Shown in pieces: positions 1-23,092 of a stretch of DNA of 64,000 nucleotides. A program made the translations under genes and the position numbers. Positions within the stretch are counted from its first letter, which is position 1, and each line of letters starts with the position of its first letter. The DNA is taken from NCBI RefSeq assembly GCF_009914755.1, contig NC_060938.1; one strand, written 5' to 3'. The notes below the pieces were generated by a model. The model ran no database searches. It was not told the DNA's origin and saw only the letters and a list, made by a program, of their open reading frames with translations. Origin of the DNA: the human T2T-CHM13v2.0 reference genome, Homo sapiens.

Positions 1-327
1 AGCTCTTTGGCTCTTACCTCTGTCCATAGAGTGACCTACACCTCACCTCTGCCCTGTTGCCATCTAACATATAGTTCTTATGAACAGCTGGCTCCCCAGA
101 GACTTTCAATGTCTTCCTGTTAATCTTCTGTTTGCTCTCTTGAGGCATGGGAGCTAATTATGCAGATTAAGAAGATATTTACCAAAACTCAAACTTCCTT
201 AAAATTCAACTTTTTTAGGAGAACAAGTTTATTAATTTGATCACTGTCAGTATTTCAAGATTCATCTTATTGGCCTTGTCAGATGATAAAACAGTTATGA
301 TGTATCCATTGCAAAAATGTAGATGAT

Positions 328-624
<297 letters not shown>

Positions 625-665
625 GTGGGTGACAGAAAGATATTACTGTTTTCTTGTAACTACAG

Positions 666-719
666 GTTTGATCCATCTTCTTGGGAATCTGTGGCCAATG
701 AAGAAATGTGGCAAGCGAG
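666..719 (+). CDS. TMEM260: TMEM260 internal coding exon (third from last), (R)FDPSSWESVANEEMWQA(R)
   Basis: AG at 664-665 after a pyrimidine tract; donor GTGACT at 720; 54 nt, phase 2/2; splices in frame to the 2277 exon; peptide recognised as TMEM260. Confidence 0.93.
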
Positions 720-814
720 GTGACTATTCTGCATTTTTGTGTGTGCAGTCTATTTTTAATATGGCAGGGAAGTAGCTTATGGCACTTTTAATTTTGAGAG
801 TAGGGGTGAGTAGT

Positions 815-1025
815 GATAATAAAAATAGCATTTATGAGCAATTATGTTTTTGAGGCACTGTACTAATCATTATACATGAATATTTCAGTTCATCCACACA
901 ATAACCTCTGAGGTTATTTTGATCCCCATTTTATAAAAGAACAAACTGGATGTGGAAAGGCTACTTGTCCAAGGGCACACTGCTGCTAGTGATGGAGTCC
1001 AAAGTTCACATCTGTCTGCCTCTGG
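815..1025 (-). mobile_element. MIR fragment
   Basis: MIR core-like CCCCATTTTATA...AAACTG...ACTTGTCCAAGGGCACAC. Confidence 0.65.
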
Positions 1026-2169
1026 AACACTCATCTAACTAAAGTGAGTGTAATCGATTGAGTAGAAATTAATCATTACAACCTCGCCTCCATTTGTAAT
1101 GTGCCTGTCAATTAGTTAAGCACTTATTCAGTACTTACTGGAGGCCAGGCACTGGGCTAGGCATTGAAGCTACACATATGAATATGACACAGTTCCTACC
1201 CTCATGAAGCTCATAGTCTAATGAGCAGACAGACATGTTAAAGGAGATTGAAATATTAATCTGATGGAGCCTATACTTTCCTGTAGTTCAGAGAGGACAG
1301 CTGTCATCCTGTCCTGTATGGAACATTTCATAGTGATGGCAACTGCTTCTTTTGGTTCCTGTCATTGTTTTGTTTTTTAATCAAAATAACACTAACAAAC
1401 TCTGGCCTAAGTATTAATGTAAAAGTCCTAAGTAGTGCAGACGGAGTATCTTGTACATAAGGAGTGCTTCCTTCAGCAAAAATGTATTGATGTCCAGTCT
1501 GAGCCAGGGACTGTGTGCACTGAGAACAGTTATGATATAAAGAGCTTATATAAGTTTAAAGAGGTTTTTAAAGAGTGGTCAAGAAATACAGCTGCAAAAT
1601 AATGATTGCAAATATATATATATATATACTATAGTTTATGCAATAGTATTTTTGAATAAGTCAGAAAATAGCATATTTTAAGTTGTCATTGTAGTCATAG
1701 GGACAAATTCTTACTTTAAGGAACTGATCAAAGATATACCATATGTTTGCATAATTCACTGTGATTGAATGTGGGAAAGCGGGGAAGAAATCACATAAAA
1801 GAAGAAAGAGGTCATTATTTGCACAGGTATTGATTTAATTGGCGTTCTGAATACAACTTGGATGAGTTCATGGGGTCTAAGGGTCTGGCCACCTTGGAAG
1901 AACTGGGCACACATGGCATGAGCTTCGTGTTGGGTACCTTCAGGGATGTGTTGGCAGACTCAGCAGGTTTCCCTTTTCCTGGCTTCTCTTGCATAACAAT
2001 AACATACATTTGGAGGATGAACAATGTATAATAGTGATAAGTGTAAGCTTTTTTTCTAAAATATTTGGTCATTAGTGTGAATGCAGCATCTTGGTGGGTG
2101 GGTGGAGGGATTGTTGTTGGTTCAGAGCAAATGTCCATGAATATGAGAGAATTGAAAATAATACAATAA

Positions 2170-2454
<285 letters not shown>

Positions 2455-2551
2455 TAGAATTTTTATTATTTTATTTCTCTCAATTTGGGTGGTATAAAGC
2501 AGCACATATGAACAAATCCTCAGTTGTATCACAGTATCCAAAGTAAATGGC

Positions 2552-3000
2552 TGTGGTAGGCAGAATAATACCTCCCACCCAAAAAAGATGTCTAGTCCTA
2601 ATCTCCACAACCTGTGAATATGTTACCTATGTAACAAAGCAGGGGGTGGTGGGGATTAAGTTAGGTGTCTTGAGACAGGGGGTTACCCCAGATTATCCAG
2701 GTGGGCCCAACATAATCATAAAGGTCCTCATGAAAGGGAAGCAGGCAGGTCAGAGTCAGAGAAGTATACATGATGCAGAAGCAGAGGGCAGAGAGAGAGA
2801 AACTTGAACTTTGCAGATGGAGGAAGGAGCCAGGAGTAAAAGAGTGCAGGCCACCTCTGGAGGACGTTGGAAACAGAGTCTCCTCTAGAGCCTCCTGAAG
2901 GAATGCAGTTATGCTGGCTTTATGACTTCTCACCTTCAGAAGTGTGAGATAATAAATGTATGTTGTTTATTTGTTACAGTGGCAATAGGAAACTAATATA
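2552..3000 (+). mobile_element. MaLR solo LTR (MLT1C/D-like)
   Basis: TGTGGTAGGCAGAATAAT start, GGATTATCCAGGTGGGCCC-like middle, GGCAATAGGAAACTAATA end. Confidence 0.8.
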
Positions 3001-3539
3001 ATAGCTTCATTTAAAACAAGTTCTAGCTGGTTACTGTCTCTGCAAAGGTCATGACCCTGGCTACACTTGAAATGATAGGGCCTTGGCTTGTTGAGATTTC
3101 ACGAGAAGAGATGATAAAGAGTCATGGAGGGTGGCTCTGTCTTTTAACTGTGGCCCCAGGAAGCCAAACTAACCTTCGGAAGACACAGCCACGCTGAAGG
3201 TCTTGCACAAATCGGTCCTTTCTGATGGGAAGTGGGAGCAGATACAAGAGGCTTGCTGTGGCACTACTGTAACCAAGTCTCTGCTTTGCTATGACTTACG
3301 GCACTGGCCACTTCAGACACTTGCAGAGTCTGCTCTATAGGAAACTAATATCCTGACAAGGGCCAATGAAAACAGAGGGTAGGACCTGTATATATGAGCA
3401 GCTGAGATATTTCTGCCATCTTTAGACTGCTGTGGTTCTACTCAGCCAGGACAAGTGTTTGGTGCTAAGACAAAATAGCATGGTGTCCAATCAGTATGAC
3501 TACTTTTACTCCTCAATTGTGATCTCTGGTTCCTTATGT

Positions 3540-3900
3540 ATTCACTTATTCATTCACTCACAAAGCATTTCTCGAGCACCCACTCCATAGCAAATAGTGT
3601 GTTGGAGACAACCAAGTCTTATCCCTGCTATCAAAAAGGTGGCAGGCTAGAGAGGGAGATGGAAGATCAAGTCCTCAGTCACAGTTCAGTCTTGTGAGTG
3701 CTGTGAGAGGCACACAAGGGTGCTACAGAAACCCAGAGCCCTGGACCAGAGCAAGCTGGGAAGTAGGCTGGTGAGGGAGGGAGGAAGGGAAGGCTTCCAG
3801 AGAGGATGTCATTGGAGTGTCATCTTGAAAGATCAGAAGGAGCTAACCAAACAGATGGTAGGGCAAGGCAGCAAGAGAGGGAGGGGAGAGCAGTCCATAA
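3540..3900 (-). mobile_element. L2 3' fragment
   Basis: TTCACTTATTCATTCACTCA tail and degenerate L2 3' motifs. Confidence 0.55.
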
Positions 3901-4924
3901 GGAGCAAGCCATGGGGGCAAAGGCAGATCCCTCCGAGACACCCCACTTGAGGATAGCAAAATACCTGATTATAGAAGGCAGCATGCTGGAGTTCTGTCTG
4001 GCAGTAAGGAGGCCCAGCTTCTAGGCCCACTCTGCCATTAGTTGTCAACTGTGCATCAAAGAACCTTTCCAGGCCTTGATTTTTTTTCTAAAAAAGAAAA
4101 AAAAAAGGGCTTTAAACTTGAAAAGATCTCCTTTCACATAATAATCCTGTTTATCTCTAATACCTTGTAATTCTATGAAAAACAAGTAGTATTTAGTTGG
4201 GAGAAAACTGAGACTTACTTACTGATACTTTATATTCTCATCAGCGACCTCTTCTATGGTCAGTTGTTTGTTAGGCTACTACTAAAGCTCATTTGTGGAT
4301 TTATTGTCCCTTTGGGTCAGAGAGCTCTGTTTTTTTTCAGTGAATACAGATTATTGGTATCTCCTTTGCACATAGTCTCCCGATGTGTGACAATGTTTAC
4401 AAGACAAATGAGGCCAATTACTTCATGGTAATTACTGAATTACCACCCCCAGTGCTAGTTTTTCAAGAATGTTCTTCTTAGGTGTAAAGAATATATTTCT
4501 GCTGTTTATATTATCCTACTCAATAGCTCATACAGAATATTAAGTTCAGGTGACATCAGGGAGCAGGGCAGGGCGTAGGCAATGCTATAGGAATAAATTG
4601 GATAATTTGAAGGTGTCCCCAACTAACAGAATACATCCACCAAGACTAATATCACAGCAACACATGTATATAGAGGAGGAAATATAATTCCACATAACGA
4701 AGAATGATGGGCTTCTCAAGATATGGTACATGTGACTTAATAGGACATCTAAAATAAGTTGATAATGTGTCAGTAACAAAATATTCCAGAAAAAGGTAGC
4801 ACAGTTGTCCTGCTGCCTGAAGACTAGTAGGTGGGTCATGAATGAGCCTCCATTCTCTGGAGCAGTTGGGGAAATGCTCCTGGAAGTGTTGGCATCTATT
4901 TTGGACTTCAACACCTTAGTGCAG

Positions 4925-5230
4925 GGTGGTGGGTTGGGGATGGTTAATAGGTACAAAAATATAGTGAGACAGAATGAACACAATCTAGTATTTGATAGCA
5001 CAACAGGGTAACTACAGCCAACCAGGGTAACTACAGCCAACAACATTATGATACATTTAAAAATAACTAAAAGAGTATAATTGGATTGTAACACAAAGAA
5101 GGGATAAATGCTTGAGGTGATGGATACCCCATTTACTCTGATGTGATTATTATGCATGGAGGCCTGTATCAAAATATCTCATGTACCTTATAAATATATA
5201 CACCAACTGTGTACCTGCAAAAATTAAAGT
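4925..5230 (+). mobile_element. L1MA 3' end fragment, with a 19-bp tandem duplication at 5004-5041
   Basis: GGATGGTTAATAGGTACAAAAATATAG...GATGGATACCCCATT...ATATCTCATGTACC L1MA 3' UTR motifs. Confidence 0.8.
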
Positions 5231-5280
5231 AACAAACATCAATCTAACAGGTCTATATTTGTATAGAAATATGTAGTATA

Positions 5281-11420
<6,140 letters not shown>

Positions 11421-11716
11421 AAAAAATTATACTTAATTTAAAAAATAAAATTGATATCTGTAAAACAACAACAAAAAACTTAGTAGGATTTTGAAAACTG
11501 AACAGTTCCTGAATGCCTGCTTTGTGTGAGGCAACATGCTACAGCCTTTACACCCGTGTCTTATCAGAGGAGGGCTCAGGAAGAGAAACCACTGGAGAAA
11601 AAAGGATGATGACAAAAAGGGTAAAGCAACTTTGAATATTTTACCAAGAGGATAAAAGGGTAGGAGTCTGACAGTAACCTTGATGTATATGAAAGTGCAT
11701 GGTGATTCTTTCCCAT

Positions 11717-11864
11717 TTTTTCTTTCTTTTTTATTTTTTATAACTAGAGATGGGGTCTTGCTTTGTGGGCCAGGCTGGTCTCCAACTCCTGATCTCAAGC
11801 CTGATCTCTGGCCTCGGCCTCCCAAAGTGCTGGGATTGCAGGCATGGGCCACCGTGCCCAGCCT
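11717..11864 (-). mobile_element. Alu monomer (FLAM/AluJ-like)
   Basis: T-tail and reverse Alu left-arm motifs. Confidence 0.85.
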
Positions 11865-13011
11865 CTTCCCTATTGTATAAAATAAAGGGAACTAAGGGGA
11901 AATTTGCTTTAAAAGGAAGCTGGACAACTGAGGGTTATTAACTATTGAAACAATATATCAAACATGAATTGTGGAATATTTCATGAGGGTGCTATTTAAA
12001 AATAGGTATGCATTTGTTTGCCCTGGAGTAGGAATTGGAAAAATAGATAATATGATTGGGTTTCTTTTAACTAAATTATGTAATGTCTAATTCAAAAAGC
12101 ACTTGTCCCTTGGAGAAAGCACTATTGTTTTTCTGTGCACTCAGAAAGTCTACAGGTAACTCCTGTGAATACAGCTCTAACTTGACAATCTCCAAGAAAG
12201 CTGTGAGATTCCCAAGTAAGCAACTATAATATTCCATTTTGCAGATTTGTGTCTGCGTTTTTGTTTGTTAAATTTTTGATGTTTCCTGTAGAAAACTCAG
12301 TATAAAAAAAATTTAACTCTATCCAATTAATACTGTCTCTGATGTTGAAAAATGAAATTCTAAATTCCTATGGGCAAAGTTTTAACTATCAAAATTATAA
12401 ATTACAGGATACTGTGAAGCTTTTCAGTATCTCACTTTATGGATATCTCTTAAATTCTATCACACCCAGCCTCTCTGATGATGAATTTGTCTGGATTGTT
12501 TTATCGTTGCTAGTGTTGTTAGTGTTGTTTTTAATGTAGAGAGAAATTTCTGTCAAAAATGTGGGACAAAAATTTAAATTCCTTCAAGTTCTTTTTCCAG
12601 GCAGTCTTCTAAAGAAAGCTGTTTTTTTTTTTTGTTCTCCAACAGCTAAATTTAGAGTTTCAACCCTTCTGCCTGTTGAGTAAATAGCTTTCCATGAATT
12701 AAAACTAAATCCCTTCCCCAGAACATCTTTCTGGAGGAAGAGCATTTTGTCCTAACACTGTGTCTTCGGTTTCCCCTGCAACATCTAAAAACCTCAGAAG
12801 CAGTTTTAGAAGCAGCATATTTGCCTCCTGCTACTGTAATAATTGCAGTAACATTCTTGGGTTCTCTGCATGGCTTAGCAATGATTAGATTTTTACTGGA
12901 GGCTGCTTGAATTTTTTTTTCTTGTTATTAATTCCTCTGTGTTTTTTTGTTTTTGAAAAAAAAAAAGTCAAAGAATAACAATGGAATACCAACATTTCTG
13001 CTGTTTTCTAG

Positions 13012-13266
<255 letters not shown>

Positions 13267-15285
13267 GACAGCAAAATATGAAAAACCTGCTCATCGTTCA
13301 GCTTCCAAAATTCTGAAGTCTGGAAGTTTTTCCTTCAAAGAAAAGAAACTGCATAAAAAATTTAAAACTAAGTCATCTCCCAGATATAAGTATCATGGTC
13401 CAGCAGTACTGTTTAATGGGGTATTCAGTGACTAAGGTCTGCTATTTATGCAAAATTCTGTTTATCCCGTGTTACCAAATTACCATTTCAGTGAGAAGCT
13501 TTTGAAAAGTCTTCTGACTTCCAGTCTTTCACCAGATGACTGCACTGGATTAGATTCTAGAAGAGAATGAACCATTTTCATATAACTAAATATTGGTCAT
13601 GAACTGTGTAAGGGCCATGCTTATTGGGATCAGTTTTAAAGTTAAATTCTTTTGATATTAATACCAGACCAAAGACATTTTCTGTTTCCTGGAAAAAAAA
13701 AAATGAATCATGTTAGGCTTTAGGTGAGAGTACATTTTTTACAAAGTAGCTATAGTTGTTACATAGTCTTACACTTCAAGCTAAACACCAAATGGGTGAT
13801 ATTTTGAAAAAAGTTTGTGTTTTACTGTCTTAGATCGTTCTTGGAAATCACTAAAAAAAAAAAAAGTTAATTTGATGTTTGCTTATTTCAGTTGCAGAAA
13901 CTGGCGAGTAAAAAAGATTTTGCATTTACTTAATTAATTTTATATTTATGTTTTATTTCTATTTGGACTCAGAGATCTAGACCCAATAATTAGTAGGCTC
14001 CTGCTGCCAAAATGCAAAGGGGAAAAAAAGGCAGGGATTGGGGGGGATGGGGAAGTGGCCCAATAAATTCATTTCTGTTACAAGCATCTTTTATACATAT
14101 TACTAAAGAGAACATAGTAAGAAATGCAAATAATAGTTCTTTATTTTATTATGACAGTTAATTAATAGCAACCTGTTTTAATGAATAAAGTCACTCAGAG
14201 TCCTTCAGCACTTCCTAAGTAGAGGCCAGAATCTGTAGGGCTTCTTTTCCCCCCAATTGTATAGCTCCTAGACTCCAAGCACTATATAGGCCCCTGTATA
14301 GAAATGCTCACTAATGAAGAGGGAGGGCTAGAAGCTTGTCTGCATTCAAAGATCACTGGTGAGTCATTCAGCAAGAAAAGGCCCCTTACCAGGAATAGTC
14401 ACAGTTCCGTGGCATTGTACTAGCAAAAGGGTCTGATCAAAGGTCTCCTGTGGAGCTTGCATGGTTCCCTTTCATACTACGACCATAATTAAAACCACTA
14501 ATTCTCTTTTAAAATGCTGCAGGATGCCATGTAGGCATCTGTCTGGAGTGTCCTTTGTGATGTCATAAGCTGTTAAGGACCAGTGCCGAGGGCTTTTGAG
14601 TGAAATGCCAGTCATGAAGGTGCTTCAAGACAAGGGTGCCTCTAAAAGCTTGACAGGGCCTTGACTGCACAATTCGAGCTGAATTTGCCCCTTGTCAGCT
14701 GCCAGTAAATAAATCTCAAAGGGGGAAAAGCTGAAGTTTCATTACCTGATCCATGGGGCTTTGTTGGTTTTGGCATCACACAGGGGAAGCTCTTGCCCCT
14801 CCATTCTCTGGATTTGAAGATGTCCATTGGAGCCTGCAGTGCCTGGACAGGGTTCAGAGCGGAACCTTTTGAAGAGTGTCAATAGTTGTAACAGTTCAGC
14901 TGTTAGGAAGACAAATAAATGGAGGAGCTCATTAATCCGCTTTTGGCTCTCAGTGCCTTTTGCCCTTTTATCACAGCCTTATTAGGCTCCTACTCATCTT
15001 GAACCAGAAAAAAATGAATTGAAGTTGTTGAGTACTAATTGGCAAAGACTTTTAATCATGGGCCAAGAACTTTCACTGACTTGAAAGTAACTTCTCCACA
15101 GGGAAGGACCAAAAACCTGGTTTACCTTAAAACAAAAACCTGTTGGAGTTCAGCGTGGTGTAAAAATGTAAGGAAGCATTGATAAATTGTCTAAGTTTAT
15201 CCATTTGAAAGAAATTGTGTAAGATTATGATATTCTCTTTTCTTTAAAAAAAAAAGTACAATAAAATTCAAACATTCCTTAGGAA
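13267..15285 (+). other. TMEM260: TMEM260 3' UTR (approximate distal end)
   Basis: Repeat-free AT-rich sequence after the stop; AATAAA at 14062, 14184 and 15260; the last is followed by GT-rich downstream sequence. Confidence 0.7.
15260..15265 (+). terminator. Probable distal polyadenylation signal AATAAA
   Basis: AATAAA, then TGTCTTTATTGG and GTGGTGGTTGTGTTTGTTTC (U/GU-rich downstream element). Confidence 0.65.
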
Positions 15286-17983
15286 AGCATTGTCTTTATT
15301 GGTTCAGAAAAGAGATTGCACATATGCGTGGTGGTTGTGTTTGTTTCTGAACATCTATACACAGATATGTGAATATTCATCTCTGCATCTACATACGCAT
15401 GTGGTGTTTGAGGAACCTTATTAAAAGTTATATTTCCTATTAGTAGCCTTAAGAATGGCAAATGAAGACCTCTTTTTGAGACTGTCTGCTTGTAAAAATT
15501 TTTTAAATATGTGTCTGTACTATAGAGATATGTGTATGGCTGAATGTGCTTTGTGTATAGATTATTGTCAAATGGTACCTAGATTATTCTATATGTGTGC
15601 AACAGTGACTTTGGGCCACTCTCTCTTTGAGAAACCAATGATATGATGGCCCGGAGTAGATAGGATCATAATGATTTAAGTTTCTAAAAACCACTGGTAA
15701 ATGAAAAACTAGTAAACTGAGCTGAGATTTAGGGATGTTGGGCTTCATTCCCAGATGAACTACTTTGGAGAATCCTTTCCTTTCTATTAGGTGAGGTTAA
15801 ACAAGTTGCTTTCTTTTTCTTTCTCTTACTTTCCTTGGCTAGTGTACAGACTCCATAAAATCTGATAAAAGGGGTTTCCTGTAGTCTGACCCCCGACATT
15901 GAGGAGACTGTAATGGAGGTGACTTCTCATGCAAGATTTGGCCAGCGTTCTAGCAGTGTCCCGGGAGTGCCATGGTTTGGCAGGAAGACAGGAACCCCAC
16001 AAGGCCAACTTCTGCCTGGACTTCGGCCTGAGGAGCCAGTGGGAGCCAGTGAAACTGTCTGACTCTCCACATGCGTCAGGGCCCTGCCGCCCTGGCACCA
16101 AGGCTGGCACGCACCAGAGGGCAAGTGGAGAAGTGGATGGTGGCTCCCATGTTATCTGACTAACCACTGGGTGGGCTACACTCCCTGTGCCCCCGCTGTT
16201 GCCTCTGATAGGAGTATGCTTGGTTCTTGGTATTGACTTGCCTTTTTTTGTTGTTTTTTAAAAGCACCCATTTTGTTCAATGCTTCTGTTCTATTACTCA
16301 AAATGTAGCCAAAATAGAAGGGAATCAATTACTAGTGTATTATTTTGAAAGCTTCAAACAGAAATTGTGAAATGTTATTTCTGCTCATATTCTTAGTGTT
16401 TTCTCTTGGTAGAATCATAATGTTTAGCCTTTATGATATTTAAAACCCATTTTGAGTGTTAGGTTTATTTTTATGATACTCTGCCGGTAACTTTTAAGTC
16501 ATCAGGCTAGGATATGAAGAGTAGTTTTTTAAGTTTATGTTTTAAAAGTGAAATATTGTGAATCTTTCATCATAGTTCTCATCAATATCCCTCAGAATTT
16601 TTAAATGTTAATGCTTTAATATTTAGGAAAAATTTTATACCAAAGTTGAAAAAAAATAGAATCCTGTTACTCCCGACTTCTGGTGTGTTTTATAAATGCA
16701 TCAACACAGGATATTACTTAGAATTCTGTTCTAACTGGCTTCAAGTCTTATAGTTAGTTAAAGAAAACAACTTCAACCCAGTAAGAGATTCACATTTTGT
16801 TGTGAATGCAAAACCATTCTAATGCTGATACTCACAAACAAATAAGTAATGTTTCCAGGGATTCTGGGAACATCTAAAGGCCAAGATCTTGGCACAGCAT
16901 TACAGAGCAAACAAGGAGCTAAAGCTTTAGCAGTGATCATATTCAATGAAGACATCATTGTCAGCACCCTCTCAAGGTCTGTTTGATTTGGATCAGCACA
17001 GACAGTATTTTTAAAACAGCCCCAGGAATAGTACAGTGTGCTTACTCAGCTATAGAAAATTAAACAGGAATATATCCTGAAAAAGGGGTTTTTCAGGAAA
17101 AAAAAAAATTCTGATTGCTCCTCAACAATGTAACATACATTTGATGGAAATTGTATGTACTAGAAAGATTAGCTCATGCCATATTGGAAAACAAAAAAAA
17201 GGTGGTGATGCCACATGGGAAGGACAAGTAGCGTTTCCAGCACTGTACATGTGAAGCCAACAATTATTGGCCTGAAAGTGGAGTTCTCTGACTCTTTGCT
17301 GCAGATCCAAAGTTAGATGTGAGGGTTAATTTTCAATACAAACATTGCGATGATATTACAAGGTTGAGAAAGTTACAATATAAAGGTCAAGACACAAAGG
17401 CACAATTATGGGGCTATACTCCTATCCCAGTGATCCAACCTCACAGAGTAACTGCAGAGTTGCAAGTCTTCTGGTACATAGTTGCCATTAGATGAGGATA
17501 AGTATAATAAAAGATACATAGAAATAAGCCAAATCTAAGGTTTAACCATTTCAAAACTTTAGCGTATAAGAAGTATAGGGTGAAGTACAATAGATGGAAA
17601 TGGCATAAAATTTTTTAATCATTAAGTTCATAAACGTTGCAAACTAATAAATGGAGATTATGTCCTGTTTTTAAAATAACAAACCATAATCATCTTCTAT
17701 TTAGAAGTGTTATCTGAAAGGGTATTTTTTGAAATGTAACCTTTTAAAGAAGGTACTTGATATTTCTCTCAGCTAAATGAAATATTCCCTTAGATAGTTG
17801 AACTGTTGAGGATATCTTTAATACCAGTGATGGTTGTTCACATATAAAAGTGTGTGTGATTAAAACTGAAAGGGGAACACTGCTTGGAAAATCACACCCA
17901 GTTTTCTCATCCTTGGATTATGGACCTAAGTGAATCACCCATTACCCTGGATCCTTGAGTATCAGCTAAGACACAGGAATTCA

Positions 17984-18280
<297 letters not shown>

Positions 18281-18725
18281 TTATTATAAAAACTCAAGAG
18301 CTTTTAAAAATTACTCTTGCAAAAGCTACAGAAACTTTAAAGAGGATTGTTTATAAATGGAAAATGATTCATTTATCAAAAAACTAGGGTTCCTTAGTCT
18401 GACAGGTGAAAGTTTTCAAAACAGTTCGTTCTTAAAAGCATAAAAAACTGAGTTCAATTATGCAGAGCTTAAAACAAGCAACTTCACTGATAGAGAATAC
18501 TCGTACTTAGTGTTTGTTTTTACTTAGAGTGTCATAATTTTCCCCTAAAATTATAGCATATTCATTCAATATGTGGCTTGTATCTACACAGTTAAGTTTC
18601 TCTTTCAGTGATTAGAATTTTAGCCATTAACCTATGCAGTCGCCTGTATCCACCTGGAGGCAGTTCCTCCAGTTGCAGGATTGTGCTTATTTAAACTGAT
18701 TGTCAAACTGTGGGTCATGAAGTCA

Positions 18726-18998
<273 letters not shown>

Positions 18999-19207
18999 AC
19001 CACAATGCATTCGAGGTAACAAAGGTAAGTATTGTTTCATGGAACCTTCAGTTTCATTTAAAATGTGTATGCACATATGCATGTGTGTATAACATATATG
19101 TCATATATGTGTGTATGTAAAGAAATTGATAAATGTGTATAGAGTCAATATAAAATATACTTATTGTAGGTCATAGTAAAAAAATAAATTTGAAAGTCAC
19201 TGGCTTA

Positions 19208-19541
<334 letters not shown>

Positions 19542-20306
19542 CAGGACATCAAAAGGGTTAGTAAGGGATCATCCAGTGTTAACTATCACAGCTAATCTAG
19601 TTTAATAAATGAAGAAACTGACATCTATACTAAACAAGTGACTTGATTACTGTCACACAGCTAGGTAGTAACAGCACTGAGACTAGGACACAAGCTTCTT
19701 GGCTCAACCTGGTACAGTTTCCCTACTCCAGTCCCAATTACATGAAACCAGCTATATTCCACCATCACCTCTGGCACATTGAAGTCCTCAAATAATGCAG
19801 CCATTTTAAAATTAGCATAAACTTGTCTAGGGGTAAATGGTGTGTGAAATCAACTATGTTGCAGGAAATTAAAAGCTATACGTTGAACTTTCCCCCTCTC
19901 CTTCAACCCTCCAGAATGTAATTTTTTTCCCCTTTCCTTTTAGACGTGGATAGTTATATCCCTGGCTTTTGACTGAAAATTTTCTTGCCCTTTCTGGACT
20001 TCGGAATATATACCCAAATTAAAAGGTTTTAGTGTGACAAGAAAAAAGTCACTTTGAAATCCAGGAACTTATTAGCATAAATTACATTCCAGCTGAATCA
20101 GCTGCTAGAAGCTCAATTTGAAAAATGTTGCACTAGTTTATATATTTCTTACCCCTCTTAAGTAGACATCAAAACACAATCATATTTCTGTATTTTAGAG
20201 AAAGAAATATGTCCCAGCTCCACTGGAATTAGACTTTACCTCCCAGAAACGGACCCCACCTACCACTGGTATTCATGATTCTTCTATTTGGTTCAGCCAC
20301 TTTTTA

Positions 20307-20693
<387 letters not shown>

Positions 20694-20895
20694 TTATGTA
20701 TTCAGTGTGTAGGTGACAATGATTTCTCCCAAATTTGACTCTTGGTTTATATGTATGATTTGTGAAAATATAGACTGTAGTAAAAATAGTAATAATAGCT
20801 GTTATTATAACAATCTTGGTAACATTTGTTAGCCACTTAATTGCTTCACGTAAATTTCCTTCATTTACTCTCAGAATTAGAAGTAATTTGGCCCT

Positions 20896-21201
<306 letters not shown>

Positions 21202-21919
21202 TCATCTTCGGAGGCAAATAAGTTTGGCACCCCTCAAGAAACGAAAATCCCCTTCTGATGTGACCACATAAGCCATGCTGCATGCACTTTGCGCGTTTGA
21301 TAAAGATATATAGATTACCTATTTCACAGGGTTCGCTTTTACTAGGACAAAACTTTTCTCTTTCACTTGTCCCTTGCTGAACAAATAAATAGTTGATTTA
21401 AAGAGCCTAAACCTGGTAAATATGTGAGCTCATTTGTACCAAGAAAATGTGTGAACAAGACTAGAACTTTATTTTATGGGATCCCATGAAATCCCTTAAT
21501 AATTGTGCTTATATTGTCATGTGAAACGTGACCTGCTTATAATTTGGATACAATAGAGATTCTATTTTCCTATTTTATTATCATGCACCTGGATGAAGCC
21601 AACACCTTAACACCTTCATCTCATCTCTTAAAGCTCCCATAGCCATGTGCTATCTCCTGTGGGAAGTCACTGTGACTTCCCTCCCAGGAAGAGGGGACAA
21701 CTCTAGTTCATATTGCTTGCACAAAGAAGCACTTGGAAGGATGTGGGTCTGGAGGGTTCATTTTGCCCCTAAAAGAGCAAAGAGCAGAAACAGAGTTCTT
21801 TCCAGAAGATAGGATTTTTCTGGATTGCACCAGAAGCACTGTATAGTATAGTGATTAGACTCCCAGCTCTGCCACTTCCTCACTGTGTGACTTGGAGTAA
21901 GTTTTTAAAGTTCTGTGTG

Positions 21920-22227
<308 letters not shown>

Positions 22228-23092
22228 GCTCTGTGTGGCTTAATTTCCTTTTCTGTAGAATGGAAATATAATAGACTACCTCATGGTGCAGCTATAAAAA
22301 TGAAAAAGGTTAATATTTATAAAGTGTATTGAACAGTGCCTATATAGACCAACTGCAAGTCATGTTGGCTGTTTTCATTAATATGTCAGTAAAAACAGTT
22401 CTTCTCTACTTCCTACTCAGTAAAATAAATGTTCAAAGCCTCCTGGTACTTTGCTTGTCTCTCTAGTATGTTTAAAAACGTCTTTACTAAATATGCATCT
22501 GGAAAATTTAAATAATTCAAATAAATTACAATGATAATTATAAATATAAAAACGTTATTTAAATTATGTGAATATCTGGGAATTAGAAGAGAGTAACCAA
22601 AAAGCACTAAGCAGTTGAAGAAATGAAATCAGTCCCATTAATAAGAAAAACACATCTCAATCTGTGCACACGCATGCACACACACAAGTAAAAATCGTGT
22701 GCACAATTCATTTTCACGAGACCCCATTACCATGACCGTCCTTCCCTCTTTCTACTGGTTTCCCCAAACCATGGCCCACCTGGAAGCAGGCATCTACATT
22801 ATCTCCTCTTCTTCCCAAACTTAGATTTTACCATCTATATATTTGATCTTAGTCTATTGTCCCCTGCATTCTACCCCCCAGGGACTTCTCAGAGAACAGT
22901 CTCCTACCAGGACAGCTTCTGCAGGCGCTTGGAGGACTGGCGTAGGTCAGAAAGCTTGCAGTCCAGAGCATAGGGGCCCTGCTGGACCTTCAAAACCATC
23001 CTGGGGGATAGGGTCATAGATTGCTGAGCTGGGATGAGTGGAGTGGCCAAGAGTATGTTTTGTAAATGAGCACCCCATTTATTCACTTTTTT

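Noticed and set aside
4585-5172. 195-aa minus-strand ORF
   Set aside because: Starts in the antisense of an L1MA 3' fragment and runs into AT-rich intron; no recognisable protein features
17075-17098. Perfect hairpin TCCTGAAAAA-GGGG-TTTTTCAGGA
   Set aside because: 10-bp low-complexity arms are near chance expectation in 64 kb; no other support
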